Of a stretch of DNA of 64,000 nt, positions 23,761 through 36,500 are shown piece after piece. The number at the start of each line of letters is the position of its first letter. Within the stretch, counting starts at the first letter, position 1. The notes beneath the pieces are model-generated. The model searched no databases. It saw only the letters and a list, made by a program, of their open reading frames with translations, and was not told where the DNA came from. The position numbers and the translations under genes are program-made. This DNA is from Lama glama (Eukaryota): assembly GCA_028534125.1 (NCBI GenBank), contig CM052817.1, positions 2,730,001-2,794,000 of the forward strand, read 5' to 3'.

Positions 23761-25670
23761 AACCACATGGGAGATGAAGCCAGAGTCAGGGGGACGCCAC
23801 ACCCCATGGGTCTGGTGGGCCAGGGGAGGCTTTTGTTTTTACTTCCACTGAGATGGAGCCTGGGGAGGGTTTGTAGCAGAGACATGCCGTGGTCTGCTTG
23901 AGATTTTGAAAGAAGTCCCCTGGCCATGGGAAGGGTCTGCAGGGGGCAAGGGCAGCGGCAGGGAGCAGAGAGGCAGCAGTAGCGCAGGGGAGTGTCCCTG
24001 CTGGCTTGGGTGGTGGAGCTGGAGACGGGAGGAGCGGGTGCAGGATGGCTGCATCCCCAAGGCAGGGCCAGCCAATGGGGCCGGTGGCTGGATGTGGGGA
24101 GGGACACCCGGGAGGAGGGAGCTGCCCGTAACTGAGAAGGGGGACAGTGACGGGGTGGAGGTGTCCGACAAGCAGCTGTACATCCAAGTCTAGGGCTCAG
24201 GGAGAAGGACGGGCTGAAGGTGGAAATCTAGGGGTTCACTCTCTAGATGGCATCTAAATCCCCGAGACTGGATGAGGTTCTCAGGGGAGAGGGGAAAGGC
24301 CCAGGCAGTGAGGCCTCGGCCCTCTAACCTGCTCCCAACACGAGTCCTGGCTACTGGTCAGCTTGGCTCATGGCCCGAGGTCATGCTTAAAAAGAGGACA
24401 AAACCTGCAGTTTCCTGAGCTTGTGTGTGAGGAGCGCCTGGGCAGTGCTGACGTGCAGCCAGGTGGCCTCCGAGGCTCTCCAGAAACAGAATCCTGTCAA
24501 CCTTCATCCTCCTGTCCTTACCGGAAAGTCACCTGAGGGATGCGCGCCTCTGCCTCCTCCCGCCTCTGCTCGCCTGTCCGGGGAGGACTCAGCACCCTGG
24601 CACACGGGCTCCCTGAGGCTGCCTGCGACCTCGAAGCCAGGGAACGCGCACTCGGGCCCTTCTTGCCAGCGCCCCTCCCCCGCGCCACGCAGCTCGCCCT
24701 CAGCTGGTGGGCCGCAGAGACCCCCGCTCAGGGGACGACTGAGGTTTCCTACGCCCCAGGCCAGACGCGAGCACTGAGGAGCCGTCTCCACAGCTTACAG
24801 AGGGGCGGACACCCAGGACCACCCAGCTCATCAACTGAATCACCCCCGGGGGTGCACTCTAGTCTGAAGGCTGGCTGAACCCCCAGACCCTCCTGGGGCC
24901 CCAGGCCAAGGTGTCCCCAACCAGCATGGTGGCCACTCTTACCTTGAAAGTCCCCCAGAGGCCTCTGCACCCCAACCCCTAGACGGAAACAAGATATGCA
25001 CCTTAACCAACATCCCCTCAATGTAATAAAAAGATGGTTAGTCTTAAAGAAATTTAGATTAACTGAGTTTGCATAATTTCATATTTTCATTTAAAAAAAA
25101 AGCAAAAGTAAACACCAATTTCAGAAGGATTTTAAGTGATTTGGTCATTTAGCTAAGATTTATCGGGCCCTGTCATTACTCCACATGTCCTCAGGGAGGG
25201 GACAGCTCTGGGGACACGGGATGAGTGCTTCCTGGGGCCTGGGGAGAGGTCAGTGAGGACAGGGGCAGTTCCTGTACAACAAAGGAGTGAGCCAGCCTGG
25301 GCGGGGTCTTGCCTGGGACGGCAGAGGAGAACGGACAAGGCGGAAGAGGACACCACCGCCTCGTTCCCAGCGAGAGCCACCTCAACCCGTGCCAAGTGCG
25401 GCTCTGCCGATTCCCAGGAAGGTGGCCAAAGGCAAAGGCACCCCTGGAGCAGAGGAACCTTAACCTGGAAAAGCTAGGTTATTAGAGAAAAGACCAAGTG
25501 TGGTGTGAAGGTTCAGCCCTGGATCAAGTTCTGAGCTTCCTAGAAGCCAAGGGGAAAAGGGCTCAAGAGGTTAGATAGCACCCTTGTCCAATAGAAGCCT
25601 TCGGCTTCTTTAGGGAACACTGGCTGGCTCCAGGCTATCCTTGCACAAGGACACCGATGAACCAGAGTCC

Positions 25671-25813
25671 TCAATTGCGGTTCTTCATGTGGCCAGTCCC
25701 CATGGCACTTGTCTGTGCTGCACTGGAGTCTGTGTGCTTGGCTTCTTGGGTCTTGGAGGATGGGGCAAGCATAAGGAAGCCCCCCTGCTCTCGATGAACT
25801 GCTGGCAAAGGGG
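25671..25813 (-). CDS. HTRA3: Alternative terminal exon of the short, PDZ-less isoform (HTRA3-S-like), with extended reading frame
   Basis: Pyrimidine tract then CCCCCAG|. In phase with exon 6 it reads APLPAVHREQGG...MKNRN*. The first 7 residues resemble the human HTRA3-S tail APSLAVH (from recall). Confidence 0.7.
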
Positions 25814-26234
25814 CTGGGGGGAGTCAGGGAGGCAGTTTGAAGGTGTGAGCAGTGGGGCTGAGTCAGGGCTGGGTGCCAGGAGGTGGGCATGGGAGACAAA
25901 ATGTGGGAGGAAGAAGTCACTGGGGCTGAAAAGGTGGGAAGGCAGAAACCACCAGGAAGGGTCCTGAGATCAGAAGTGTGACCCTCCTCTGGAAAACAGC
26001 TGCTGCCACCAACTTTAGGAAGGTGATTGGTATGTCCTCCGAGGGACAAGGCCATCTAGGAATGGGCAGGGGAGGCTGGCATCCCTGTGTGGCTGGGGGT
26101 GAGGGGACGGAGGACTGAAGGAGGTGACGTCCAAGGATCAAGGCCTTGGACTCCACTCCCCTGGAGTCGAGGATACCCTCCCCGGAAGTCTGCATGGCCA
26201 GAGGGCTGAAAGACGGAGGACTTAGAGACGGGCA

Positions 26235-26400
26235 GGTGGATGGAAGGAAGGAGGGGTGGAAGGAGGAGAGGGAGGGAGGAAGGAAGGAAGGAAGGAAGGA
26301 AGCAAGGGGATGGGTCTGTGAGTGGGTGTGTGGGTGGATGGAAGGGTGGGTTGGCGGGTAGATGGGAGAGTGGGTGGGAGGATGGAAGGAAGGAAGGAAG
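26235..26400. repeat. (GGAA)n / purine-rich low-complexity repeat
   Basis: ggaaggaaggaaggaagg arrays. Confidence 0.85.
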
Positions 26401-26715
26401 CACCGGGTCCTGACAACTAAGGAGCAGCCCAGACAAGTGGGGCCCCGGAAGCCCCGGGAGGTGGGAGGTGAGGTTGGGGATCTCCAGCCACAGGGTCAGT
26501 CTGGAGGATCAAGGGTGAAAATGGCCATGAGTTGAGGAGAAGATCTGATGGAGGCAGAGTCTGAAGCATCCTGGCAGGTCTCAGGACCTGGGGGTGGGAT
26601 CAGGAGTGACTGCGGGCACACAGCCCCGCAGGGTCTGCCCAGCCCCACTGGAGGCTGTGGGCTCAGCCCTGGGACAGCCGCCCTGCCTCTGCTGATGCCT
26701 CCGGGGAGCTCCTAC

Positions 26716-26830
26716 CTCTGCCCGGCTTGTCCTGGAACTCCGAGAGGAAGCGCGTGATGCGGTCCGAGGGGATGGCAAAGGAGATGCCGGCCGCAACCTT
26801 GAGTGTGTTGATGCCAATGACCTCGCCATC
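26716..26830 (-). CDS. HTRA3: HTRA3 coding exon 6
   Basis: [38 protein letters not shown]. Acceptor CCCAG|, donor G|GTAGG. 115 nt, phase 1. Confidence 0.96.
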
Positions 26831-28557
26831 CTGGGCAGGAGGTCAGGGGGGCGGTCACTTGGGGAAGCCAAGGGACCACTGCCCTCAACCTCAGAGCATC
26901 GTGTCCGCACCTCGGCTCCCAGAGGTGACCCTGGCAGTCAGTGCCCTCCCTGAGATGCTCACTCCCAGGGCTGCCCCAAAGCATTCCTGAAAGGTGCTCT
27001 GGGGTTCACATCTGGGTCAGGGACCCCACCTTTGCCTCAAACTGGACGATGCCCCCTCCATCACTGGGCAGCTGGGGAAGCTTGCAGTCAGCCCTTGAGA
27101 AGCAGTGCCCCTGACCGAGGACACCCCCAGGCAGCATTCTGAGGGGTTGGAGCCTAGAGGGACATGATGAGGCCTGTGGGACACCCCCATCCCCTCCTTC
27201 TAGAAGCAGGGTGGGGGTGAGTGGGAACAGGGCAGCCCCCCAGCACCCCTACTCTCTCTGTCACTTTGGAGCTGAGCTCCCACGCTGCTCCGTCCTGCCC
27301 CCAACGAGGCTGCTGCAGCTTGGCCGGATCTGCCCTGGCCACCAAAGACCTCACTCCTGCGACATAGCTCCTCCCACAGCCAGGCATGCACCCCTGCACC
27401 AGCTCCCCCGTCCATCTCAAGGGCGACACGTGCACATGACACCCAGGCCAGGGCCTGGGCCGTTCACCAGGGGCCCCCTCTGGGGCCTGGGGAAGAACTC
27501 TGGACAAAGGCACACTTGGTCTGCCAGTCCCCTGAGCTCCTGTCCCCGGCTGCTCCCTAGAAGCCTGCAAGGTGGGAGGACCAGCCAAGGAGAAGATTCA
27601 CGGATCAAGATTCTCTCATCGGCCCTGCCTGCCCATCCGCACCTCTTGGACAGCAGGCAGTAGCCTCCTGACCTCCAGCCTGCAGTCCCCCCACAGGAGC
27701 TCCCTGAGCCCCGCTGGAAGACTGCTGCACTTGTCAGGGCGCGGGGACCGCCACCTGTGTCAGGACGCACGGCCCACCGGCCTCCTCGCGCTGTGTCCCA
27801 CCCTGCTGCTCCAGGGGCGGCGCCTGACTGGGCCCCTGCACCGTGCGCTTCTGCTCTGCCCTCTCCCCTGGAATATCCTTCTCCTCTGTGTCTCCATCCA
27901 CCCAAACCCTCCAACTCTGCAGCCCAGGTCAGATGCTCTGCCTCCAGGAAGCCCTCCCTGATCCCATGTCTGCTGTCAGGACCCCTCCCCACATCCCCCC
28001 CAGCGCTCTCACTGCTCCTCACACTGTGCTGGTGTGTCCCTATCCTAAGCACTCCTTGGATGGGACCCCTGGCACTGTCCAGATGGCAAGGCTAAGGAGT
28101 TCCTATGAGATCTGGCTTCTGCTTTGGAGCGGGCTGGACCTTGGAGTCCCCACCCATGGCCTGGTCTATCCTTACATGGCCGAGTGCAGGGACCAATTCC
28201 AGGGAGCCTGGATGCCAAGGCGCATGGCACACCCATCTCATCTCATACAAACGTGATGGTGGGGAGGCCTGGAGGGGGTGGCTGGTCCCTGATCGGTGTC
28301 CCTGCCCTGTGTCCACGACGGGCACATGGCCCTGCCTTGGCTGTAGTTCTCGGGGCGTCCCTCCTTCCTCCTCCAGCACCAGCACCCCAGGGGCACAGGC
28401 TGCACGCGCTTGAGCTGTGCCCTCCTCCTGGGTCTCCAGCAGTTGGCTGTGGGGGTCTGAAGGCCGTGTTCGGGGTCCCCTCCATGCCTTGAGGCCGTGC
28501 CTCCCATGTGAGCAGAGCCCCAGAAAATTAGAGGCCCCCGCTCTAGGAGACACTCAC

Positions 28558-28590
28558 CAGGTTCACCAGCGGTCCCCCGGAGTTCCCGTA
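28558..28590 (-). CDS. HTRA3: HTRA3 coding exon 5 (33 nt, catalytic Ser308)
   Basis: CTGCAG|TAC GGG AAC TCC GGG GGA CCG CTG GTG AAC CTG|GTGAG = YGNSGGPLVNL, the HtrA GNSGGPL motif. Confidence 0.97.
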
Positions 28591-29338
28591 CTGCAGGGGA
28601 GGAAACCGACGTTAGTGTGTCCTGAGCCCCCACCCCGAGGTTCCTGAAGCTCTTTCTGCCAGCCTTCATCCTAACCAGCACAGGAACATGTACTTGAATT
28701 TCACCCCTGACAGCACCAATAGTCCTCATCCCTGACCCCATTTCACAGATAAGAAAGCTGAGGCCACAGAGGCCAAGGGCACAGCCGTGTGAGGATCGGG
28801 GACTGGCCTGGGCCAGTGCTTGCGCTCAGGCCCCACAGACCCCCTCCAGCCTCACACCGGCGTCACCACCACTCACGGGCAGGGCAGCCCTGGCAGATGC
28901 AGGGTTGCGTGCTATTTCCCATCCCACTAGCTTCAAGGAGTCTCTCAAAGACGGACATTTCCAGAAGAGTGTCTGAACCACAGCAAAGCCAAAGACGCAG
29001 GCGCTGTGCATCCGGGCAAAGTGCTTTGTGAATGCAAAAGGTACCATCCAATATAATAATAAATAAAAATAATGAAACAGTAACAATAATGTTGATTTGG
29101 GGTGTAATTTGGGCAAAGATACTTCAGGGGCTCTGGCTAAGCCTCTGCATCTCTGAAGGGCTGCCCCAGGTCAGGGCAGCAGCCTCTAACCCCAGGGCAG
29201 GCCCGGCACCCTGGGCAGAAGCCGCAGGGGGTCAGGGCTCCACTTAATGTACTGAAGGAACTTTCTGGCCAGGGGCACTGTCGATGGTGGGGCGGGCTCT
29301 GGGGACAGGGAGCACCCTAGGCCACGGGGAGCACTCAC

Positions 29339-29533
29339 GTTGATGATGGCGTCTGTCTGGATATAGTCCATGTCTGAGTCCCGGAGGCCCAGCTCCCGGC
29401 CGTCCCGCTGGGCCGTGCTGACGATGCCCGTGGTCACGGTGTTCTGCAGGGCGAAGGGGCTGCCGATGGCCACGACGAACTCGCCGGGCCGCAGGTCTGC
29501 CGAGTGACCCAGCTGCAGCGCTGGGAGCTTTTT
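29339..29533 (-). CDS. HTRA3: HTRA3 coding exon 4 (protease domain)
   Basis: [65 protein letters not shown]. Acceptor CCCAG|, donor |GTGAG. 195 nt. Confidence 0.97.
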
Positions 29534-30322
29534 CTGGGGAACAGTGGGGAGAGCACGGTGAAGGAGGCTCAGCTGTCAGCCTTTGGAGGGACCAGATCCA
29601 GGTCCCTGCCAGGCCCCCGGCAGGGCGGTCCCAGGAGCTGTAGGGGGTGCCAGCCGAGGCAAGTCAACCACACAGACAAGGCCAGGCTGGCCTCCGGATG
29701 ACCCGTGGTGGCCAAGAGCCTTGGGACTGGCTGGCTTCAATGGATCAGAGGCTCAGCCCACCAGCGACCACAGGTCTCCCCAGGGCAGGCCTTGGAGGTC
29801 CATCACAGGGGGGACACACAGACGGTCCAGCTGGGCGCTGCCCAGTGGTTCGATGGTCACAGGTCCCCCTGAAAATTCGACAGAAGCCATGGACACCAAC
29901 ACCCGGACAATGCACTGCACACACACTGGAGCCCAGGAAGGGACCCTGGGCACTGGCTTTGGAATCTCTGACGCAGCTCAGCCTGGTCTCCCAACACACA
30001 CACAGGGGTGCTGGGGAGGGTTTGGCTGCTCTGTGGTCTGAGTGCACCTGGGCTGGCAGCGTCCCCAGGGCTTGGTCTGCGGGGCACAGGGGCTGAGAGG
30101 CAGCCCGGCTGCCCGGAGAGCCCCTGCCGGCACTGGGCTGCCCGGGGCGCCGGGGCGCCTGGGTCTTGCCAACTCTGCCGGCATCTTTGGCCACAGGTGG
30201 CCGCTGGGATGTGCCCTCTGCCCACCCTGAGTTTCCGTCACGGTGCCTGGAAGGGGAGAGACCCAGCGCAGCCAGCCCTGGGGTCTAGTCCGGCTCTGCC
30301 TCTCCCCACAGGGGTCCTCGGG

Positions 30323-30542
30323 CAGGGGTCGCAAACTGTGGCCCTCGAGCAAGTCCAGCCCAATTCAGTGGCCTGTTCCATAATTAAACTCTAATTGGAA
30401 CACAGTCCACCGTCCGTCTCGCCTGGGGCTGCTTTCCCAGGACAGTACAAAGTTGAGAGTTTGCAACAGAGATTACAGGGCCCGTGAAACCTAAATCGTT
30501 TACTGTCTGGTGCTTCGCAGAGAAAGTCTGCCAACCTCCCTC
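30323..30542. mobile_element. hAT DNA transposon, MER58A-like
   Basis: caggggtcgcaaactgtggccc...aaacctaaatcgtttactgtctgg...agaaagtctgccaacct, with approximate terminal inverted repeats. Confidence 0.7.
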
Positions 30543-31518
30543 CTCAAGTACACGTCTCACTGAAGCCCCTGTCCTCGTCTACACGAGGCGGTTCCCGAGA
30601 CTCAGAGAGCACAGTGCAAGGGCGCAGAAGCAGGCAGGGGCTATGCGGGCCGTAAAGTCTCCTCTCCCGTGACTGGGCAAGAGGAGACCTCCTTGCAAAA
30701 ACCCGATCATCTCGAAAGCTGACAACTTTCATTCAGAAAGAGCAGAAGCTGGGCTCAAAGTCAGCCAAGCTGGGCCGCCAGCACAGACAGGCCTGCCCCT
30801 CATCGGCCTCGTGGTGCGGGCAGGCTGCTGGTCACCACAGCTGAGCCCACGGCGGCCCCCCCTGAGTCGTGACCACACTGTTGGATGGCAGGAAACATGC
30901 TGGAGGGAGGCCAGGACTCGGCCAAGCGGGTCCCCGGTTAGAGTGACCACGGGCAGTCCCTAACCCCTGAGCCTCAGTTTCCCATCTGAAATAGCAGGAC
31001 ACCGAAGCCTCTCCCGCGAAGGGCCGTGGGGAGACTTAGGGTGAACACAGGTGCCTTTGGCAGCGGGCCAGTGGTCCTGATGGAAGGTGGCTGTGGTCCC
31101 GGGTGGGTCTGCCTGCTCAGCGGGGGATCGAAGTGGAGGTGGAGGGAAGGATGAGGCATGTCTCCTAAGTGCTCCCCACCGGCTTCTGTCACCCCCCTGG
31201 GGACAGCTGCACCCGCAGGGATGGGCCCAGGAAGGACGACAGAAGTATCCCTTTGGAGGTCCCCCGTGTGGGAGTGACTGTGGGTGGCACGTTTCCTGGA
31301 TGGCAGCCTGCCCCATACCTGGTGGCCTGGGGAAGCGCAGGGTGGTATCTGGACACCCAGGCTCTAGTCTGACTGGATGCAGGACTGGGGACACATTGCC
31401 AGTCCCCCTGGGCCTTGGTTCCTCCAAGTGTCCAATGGGAAGATCAGGCTGGTGCGTCTCTGGCCCCTGGGGCCCTGGGGTCCAGGGAGGCGCCCCCACC
31501 CCTCCACTGCCCACTCAC

Positions 31519-31741
31519 TTTGGGGTGGATCTTGATGGTGGCGATGTCCGACTTCTTGTCGATGTCTTTGATGGTGGCCTCATAGGTGTCACCATTCTGC
31601 AGCTGCACCTTGAGCTGCTCCCGGCCTGAGACAGTGTTGCTGCTGGACACCACGTGGGCGTTGGTGACGATCAGGCCCGCCTCCGACATGATGAAGCCCG
31701 AGCCGCTGGACAGGGGCACGTTCCGGCCGAACAGAGGGTGT
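31519..31741 (-). CDS. HTRA3: HTRA3 coding exon 3, with catalytic His194 and Asp230
   Basis: [31 protein letters not shown]...[13 protein letters not shown]. Acceptor TGCAG|, donor AAA|GTGAG. 223 nt. Confidence 0.97.
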
Positions 31742-33499
31742 CTGCAGGCAGGCAGGCAGTGCAGGCGGGCATTCAGGGTGCGGACACAGCCGTGTGCCAG
31801 CAGGAGGGGAGCGGAGCCAGCACATGGGTTTGGAGTCCACCAGGCCCAGGGCTGAATTCCCGCTCTGCCACCTCCTGACTGTGACTGTGGCCAGGTCATT
31901 AAGTGTAGACCCATTTCACAGCCACAAAGAGGAGGCAATGATCTCTGACTTATAACATGCGGAGATGAGACATGAGGTCCAGAAACATCAGACCCACGAT
32001 GACACAATAGGAGGCAGACAAACCAGCTTTCTAACCCCAAGTCCAGGCCCTGCTTACATCTGCCTAACTGTGGGCAGGTGGCTCACTCTTCTGAGCCTCA
32101 GTTTCCCCATCTAGGAAAAGGGCTAACAAGACCAGCTCCATGGAGTGAGGATGCACTCAACAAGCTGGGCTGTTCCTGTCACAGGGATATACACACAGCG
32201 CCCATGGGACTGTCACACAGCAGGTCCCCAGGGAATGTCAGTGTCCCAGACACCGGGGAGGGCAGTAAGCACACCCCCCTCTGCTGAGTGCCCAGAAGCC
32301 CCAGATGTCAGGGGGAGCAGCCCTGGTGATACCTGGCTGGTGAGTTCCTGGAGAACTTCACACCAGGCACCTAGACGCGGAGCGCTAGACATGGCGGGGC
32401 TCACAGGCCAGGGGACGCCCGGCCTCAGCGTCTGCTGCCACAAAACGGGATGAAATAGGCAATGCAGTGGGCGCGGGGGCCGAGCCGGTATTCTCCCCTG
32501 GGGGACAGCGCCCAGCCCTGGCCAGAGCCCTCTGAGTAGGACCTCAGCTCCCAGAAGCGGGGAGGCGGGGTGCCGGATGCTTCTCCAGGGTGGGTCACCT
32601 CTGGGACCCCAGGGCCTGGATGCAGCAGGTAGTCAGTGGCCAGGGATGATGTGTGATGTGGGGCCCTAACCAGGACGGATGGGAAGAACAGAGACGGAGG
32701 GAGACTCAGGTTGGGGGGGGGAGCGTGACTCCCTGGGGAGCGCAGGAGCGCCACCTCACCCAGCAGGACCAGCGACAGCTGATGTCACCAAGAGCGCCCT
32801 CTCATCCATGGACCAAGTCAGTTCATGCTCGTGGCCGCCCTGCAGGGCAGGTAGGCGTCCAGTTTACCAGTGGGGGAACGGGCCCAGTGACACAAACCGC
32901 CTGCCTGGGTCAGGCAGGCAAAGGGCAGTGCAGAATTTGAACCAGGCAGGCTGGCCCCTCAGCCCCCCTGCAGGGTGACCACAGCATCTATCCACTTATG
33001 TCCGCAACCAACTTCCGCCCCCACCCAGCTCTGCGTGGGCCCCTGGCCTTCTAGAAAGACATTGCCCCTCCAAGCCACCCCCAAGGCCAGGGACATGCCA
33101 TTCACATTCCCAGTTGCAATTTCCTTAATGACATGTCTCCTGGTACGGGGCTCGCAGAAAGGGCAGTGAGGGGTCAGCATTGCAGAGACGTGGGCTCAGC
33201 TATGAGGTCCAAGAGACCTGGGGTCAAACCTCAACTCAGCACTCAGCAGCTCCGAGCCTAGGGAGATTCCCAGGGGCCTCTGCTTCCACATCCAGAAAGT
33301 GGGAACACGTGAGCCTGCCTTCTGGACTACAGAAGGGGCGTCCTCCCCAGGGCAACGGCGGCCTGCTGGTCTGGGAGAGGCCCACCAGACCCCAAGCCCG
33401 CTCTGGCTTCTACTGCCCACCCTGACGCTAGAATCCAGTCTAGTCTGGGCCAGGTGGATGGGGGCGAAGCCTTGGAGGGGCGAGGGGGGCTCTACCCAC

Positions 33500-33599
33500 C
33501 TCAGGAAGAGTTCTATGTGGACCACGGCCGGAGCGATCTTCTCCACCACATCAGCAATGAAGTTGAACTTGTACCGTGGGCTGGTCAGCTGGTGGAGAC
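33500..33599 (-). CDS. HTRA3: HTRA3 coding exon 2
   Basis: Acceptor TGCAG|. Translates (G)[32 protein letters not shown](R). Donor AG|GTGGG. 100 nt. Confidence 0.96.
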
Positions 33600-36500
33600 C
33601 TGCACTGGCAGAAAGAACCAGGTGCGTCAGTGAAGCCCAGACACTGCCCAGAACCCCTGCCAGGGGTCAGCGCCCTTCGGGAATGCTCCAGGCACCCAGG
33701 TACTCGGGAAGGGGGGCTCACATGCCGAGAATGATTAATGCTGAGCTTCCTCACCTCCCATCACCAGGCCAGCCAAGAGGCTCAGAGAGGTCAGAACACT
33801 TGGCGTGGGCCACACAACAGTGACATGAAGCTCAGGCTGGATCTGGGCTAGTCTCCCTGGGCCACTGCCCTTTCTCTCATATACAGCAACGCCCTGTTGT
33901 GAGGAAACCATCCCCTACCCCTGGCCAGCTCTGGCCTGTCCCTCCAGGCCCTGGGTTAGCCCAGTGGCTGGACAAGGTTATAGCAGAAGCCCCTGGGTGG
34001 TCCCCTCTGAGGTGCCCCCGCCTGGCCATGGTGTGGCCCCCTCCTGGGTCATGCCAGGTTGCCGATGTCTGAGTCACCAGAGCCCCCCAGCCGTGTCTGA
34101 CTTGGCCAGGCCCCAGTCCGACTTGCCAGGCGGTTCACGAACTTCCCTGGAACCTTCTAGCTCAGATTTCTGCTGCCGTCAGCAGCGGGGCTGCAGCCTG
34201 CCAGGACCACAGGCCTGATGCCAGTGGGTGGCATGAGGCCCACTCCACTTTGGTCTCCCTGCTCCGGTATGTGCCAAGGTCTCCCAGGTCCCCGCCAGAG
34301 GCTGGCGCTATCTGGAACCCGCACTGCCCAGCACCACTTGTAACTGGCTCCCGGGGCCTGGATGGGGCTGAGCACCTCCGAGCTCCAGCTGTGTGGTTTC
34401 AGGCAAATCACTTACCCTCTCTGGGCCTCGACACCTCATCTGAAACGCGAGACTGAAGATGTCTCTCCAATCCCCCTCCCCCAGGCCCGCAGGAATGCAG
34501 TGTGATTTGGAAACTGTGATGCTCCCTCCCCTGGGGACAAGGAGGTGGGGGAGCCCACCACCCTCTGGTCCCCAGTGTTGCTGAACAAGGAGGGCTCGCC
34601 CGTAAAGTCCAGCTATGCAGCTGATGCTTCTCTTGGTGGTTGCTGGGAAGTGACTGAGCATCAGGATGTGGTGAAAATCTGGTTTTCCAGGTCATCCAAA
34701 GGGACAGGATGGAGCATGTTGGGTGCAGCAGTGGGGAGGCAGGCACAGGCCCACAGTCGGTGCCACACAGACACCTGTGGACAGATGCAGCCCCACCCAC
34801 AGCTGGACACATCTCCCCACCATCCAGGGTGGCAGCCAGGGCAGGGGTCATCAGCTCTGCCTTAAAGGCAGGGAAGCTGAGGCTCAGTGAGGGGAAGACA
34901 CTGCAAGTCCAAGCAGAACCAGGCTCTGGAGCGGGGTCCTCCCCTCCCCCGTACCTGCCCCGACTCCCCGCCGCCAAGGCCCCAGCTGTGCGTTAAGCCT
35001 GAAATGGGGCTCGGGGCCTGGAGGAGAGTTTGCCTGGGGCTCTGTGGTCAGGGGAGGTGAGGAGGGCCCTTTCCACTGACCCTGTGATGTCTGCCTCTTA
35101 AGCAGCCACGGAGGCTGCGGTCAGCATGAATGAAAGGCCGCCTGTCCCTGGTGGCCAGAGACTGGCTGAGGGACGTGGCCCACTGCCGTCCACCTTGTGG
35201 CTCCTCGCTGATCAAACCAGGGGCCGCCAGGGACCACCGTGCCCGGGAGCCCTCCTCCCGGAGGCAAGCCAGTGGAGGGGTGGCATCTAAGGTTCAGAGG
35301 TCATGGTCACAGGCAGGGCCCACTCCGAACCAGGGCTCTGCCGCTCCAGCACACACAGGTGCCTGTATGGTTATTTCCATGTGAGTTGCTCATAGTCCCC
35401 GAAACTCTGGAGAAGCTACTGGTCAGCTGGTCCGCAGGGCTGAGCCCAGCTTTGTCTGCTGTACCCCGAGGCCCCGGGGAAAGTGCATTTGTGCTCTATC
35501 TGCAAAAAAGAGGGAAGAAAGCCAGCCACCAACCCTGCTGCCCCTTCCAGGTTCTGCTCTCTGGCAAAAGCTCTCCCGCCAGGCAATCCCTACGACACCA
35601 AGGTACCCGGAAGACCCCAGGCAGGGGGAGGACTTGGCAGGGCCGGCAGCTTTCCCAAGTACACCAGTCCTGGATTTACTCTGCCTACCGTGCTGTACTG
35701 GTGCAGGCGTGGTCTGCTGGGTAAGGCCAGGTGTCACCTTCCCTGTTGTGTAACCTGTAGGGACCACTCACCCCCAGTCTCTACTCCATCACCCACTACT
35801 CTGTGCCTCCACCCACAGGGACTGCTCCCCAATTCTCCCTACCATGATGCTCCAGGCTGTCCCAGATGCAGCTCCAATCCCACTTCCTCCAGGCTGTCCC
35901 CATGGCAGGCTGCTCCCAGCCCTCTCTGGGGCTCCCAACGTAATGCCTCGCCCATCCATTTGCCCTTGCTGGGAGTGTATTAAATCCATGCCTGCTGAGT
36001 GCCACCTGCGTGTGCACCCCATGCTGGGGACAGGCCAGTGAGCAGCCAGGCATAGCACTGGGTGACCCATGATGGGACAGGGGAAGACACAGGTGAGATG
36101 GGGGAGTCCAGGGGTGGCCCTGATCCAGGCCTGGAAGAGCACACTGGGAGGGGATCAGAGATGCAGAGACACAGCCTCACGCATGAGGGTGGCTGCAGGA
36201 AGATTCGGCCAACTCCACACAGGGCCCTGGGTGAGTAAGACAGAGGAGGAACCAGAGCGTCCCATCAGAAGAGGCTGATGGTTACCACATGCCTTGCTCC
36301 CAGATCTCAGAGACTCCACCCCTTCAGGCACGTCGGGCACCCCCTGGGGGACCTGGCCCTGGCACGGCAGGCCCAGAGCACCCCCGGCTGTGCAGGCTGC
36401 TGGGGAGCCGACCCGGCCGCGGAGAGCACGATGGCAAGGCGGCCTCCCTCCAGGTGCGTTTCTTTCCAGTGTGTTCTCTCCAGAGATCACTTAGAATAGG

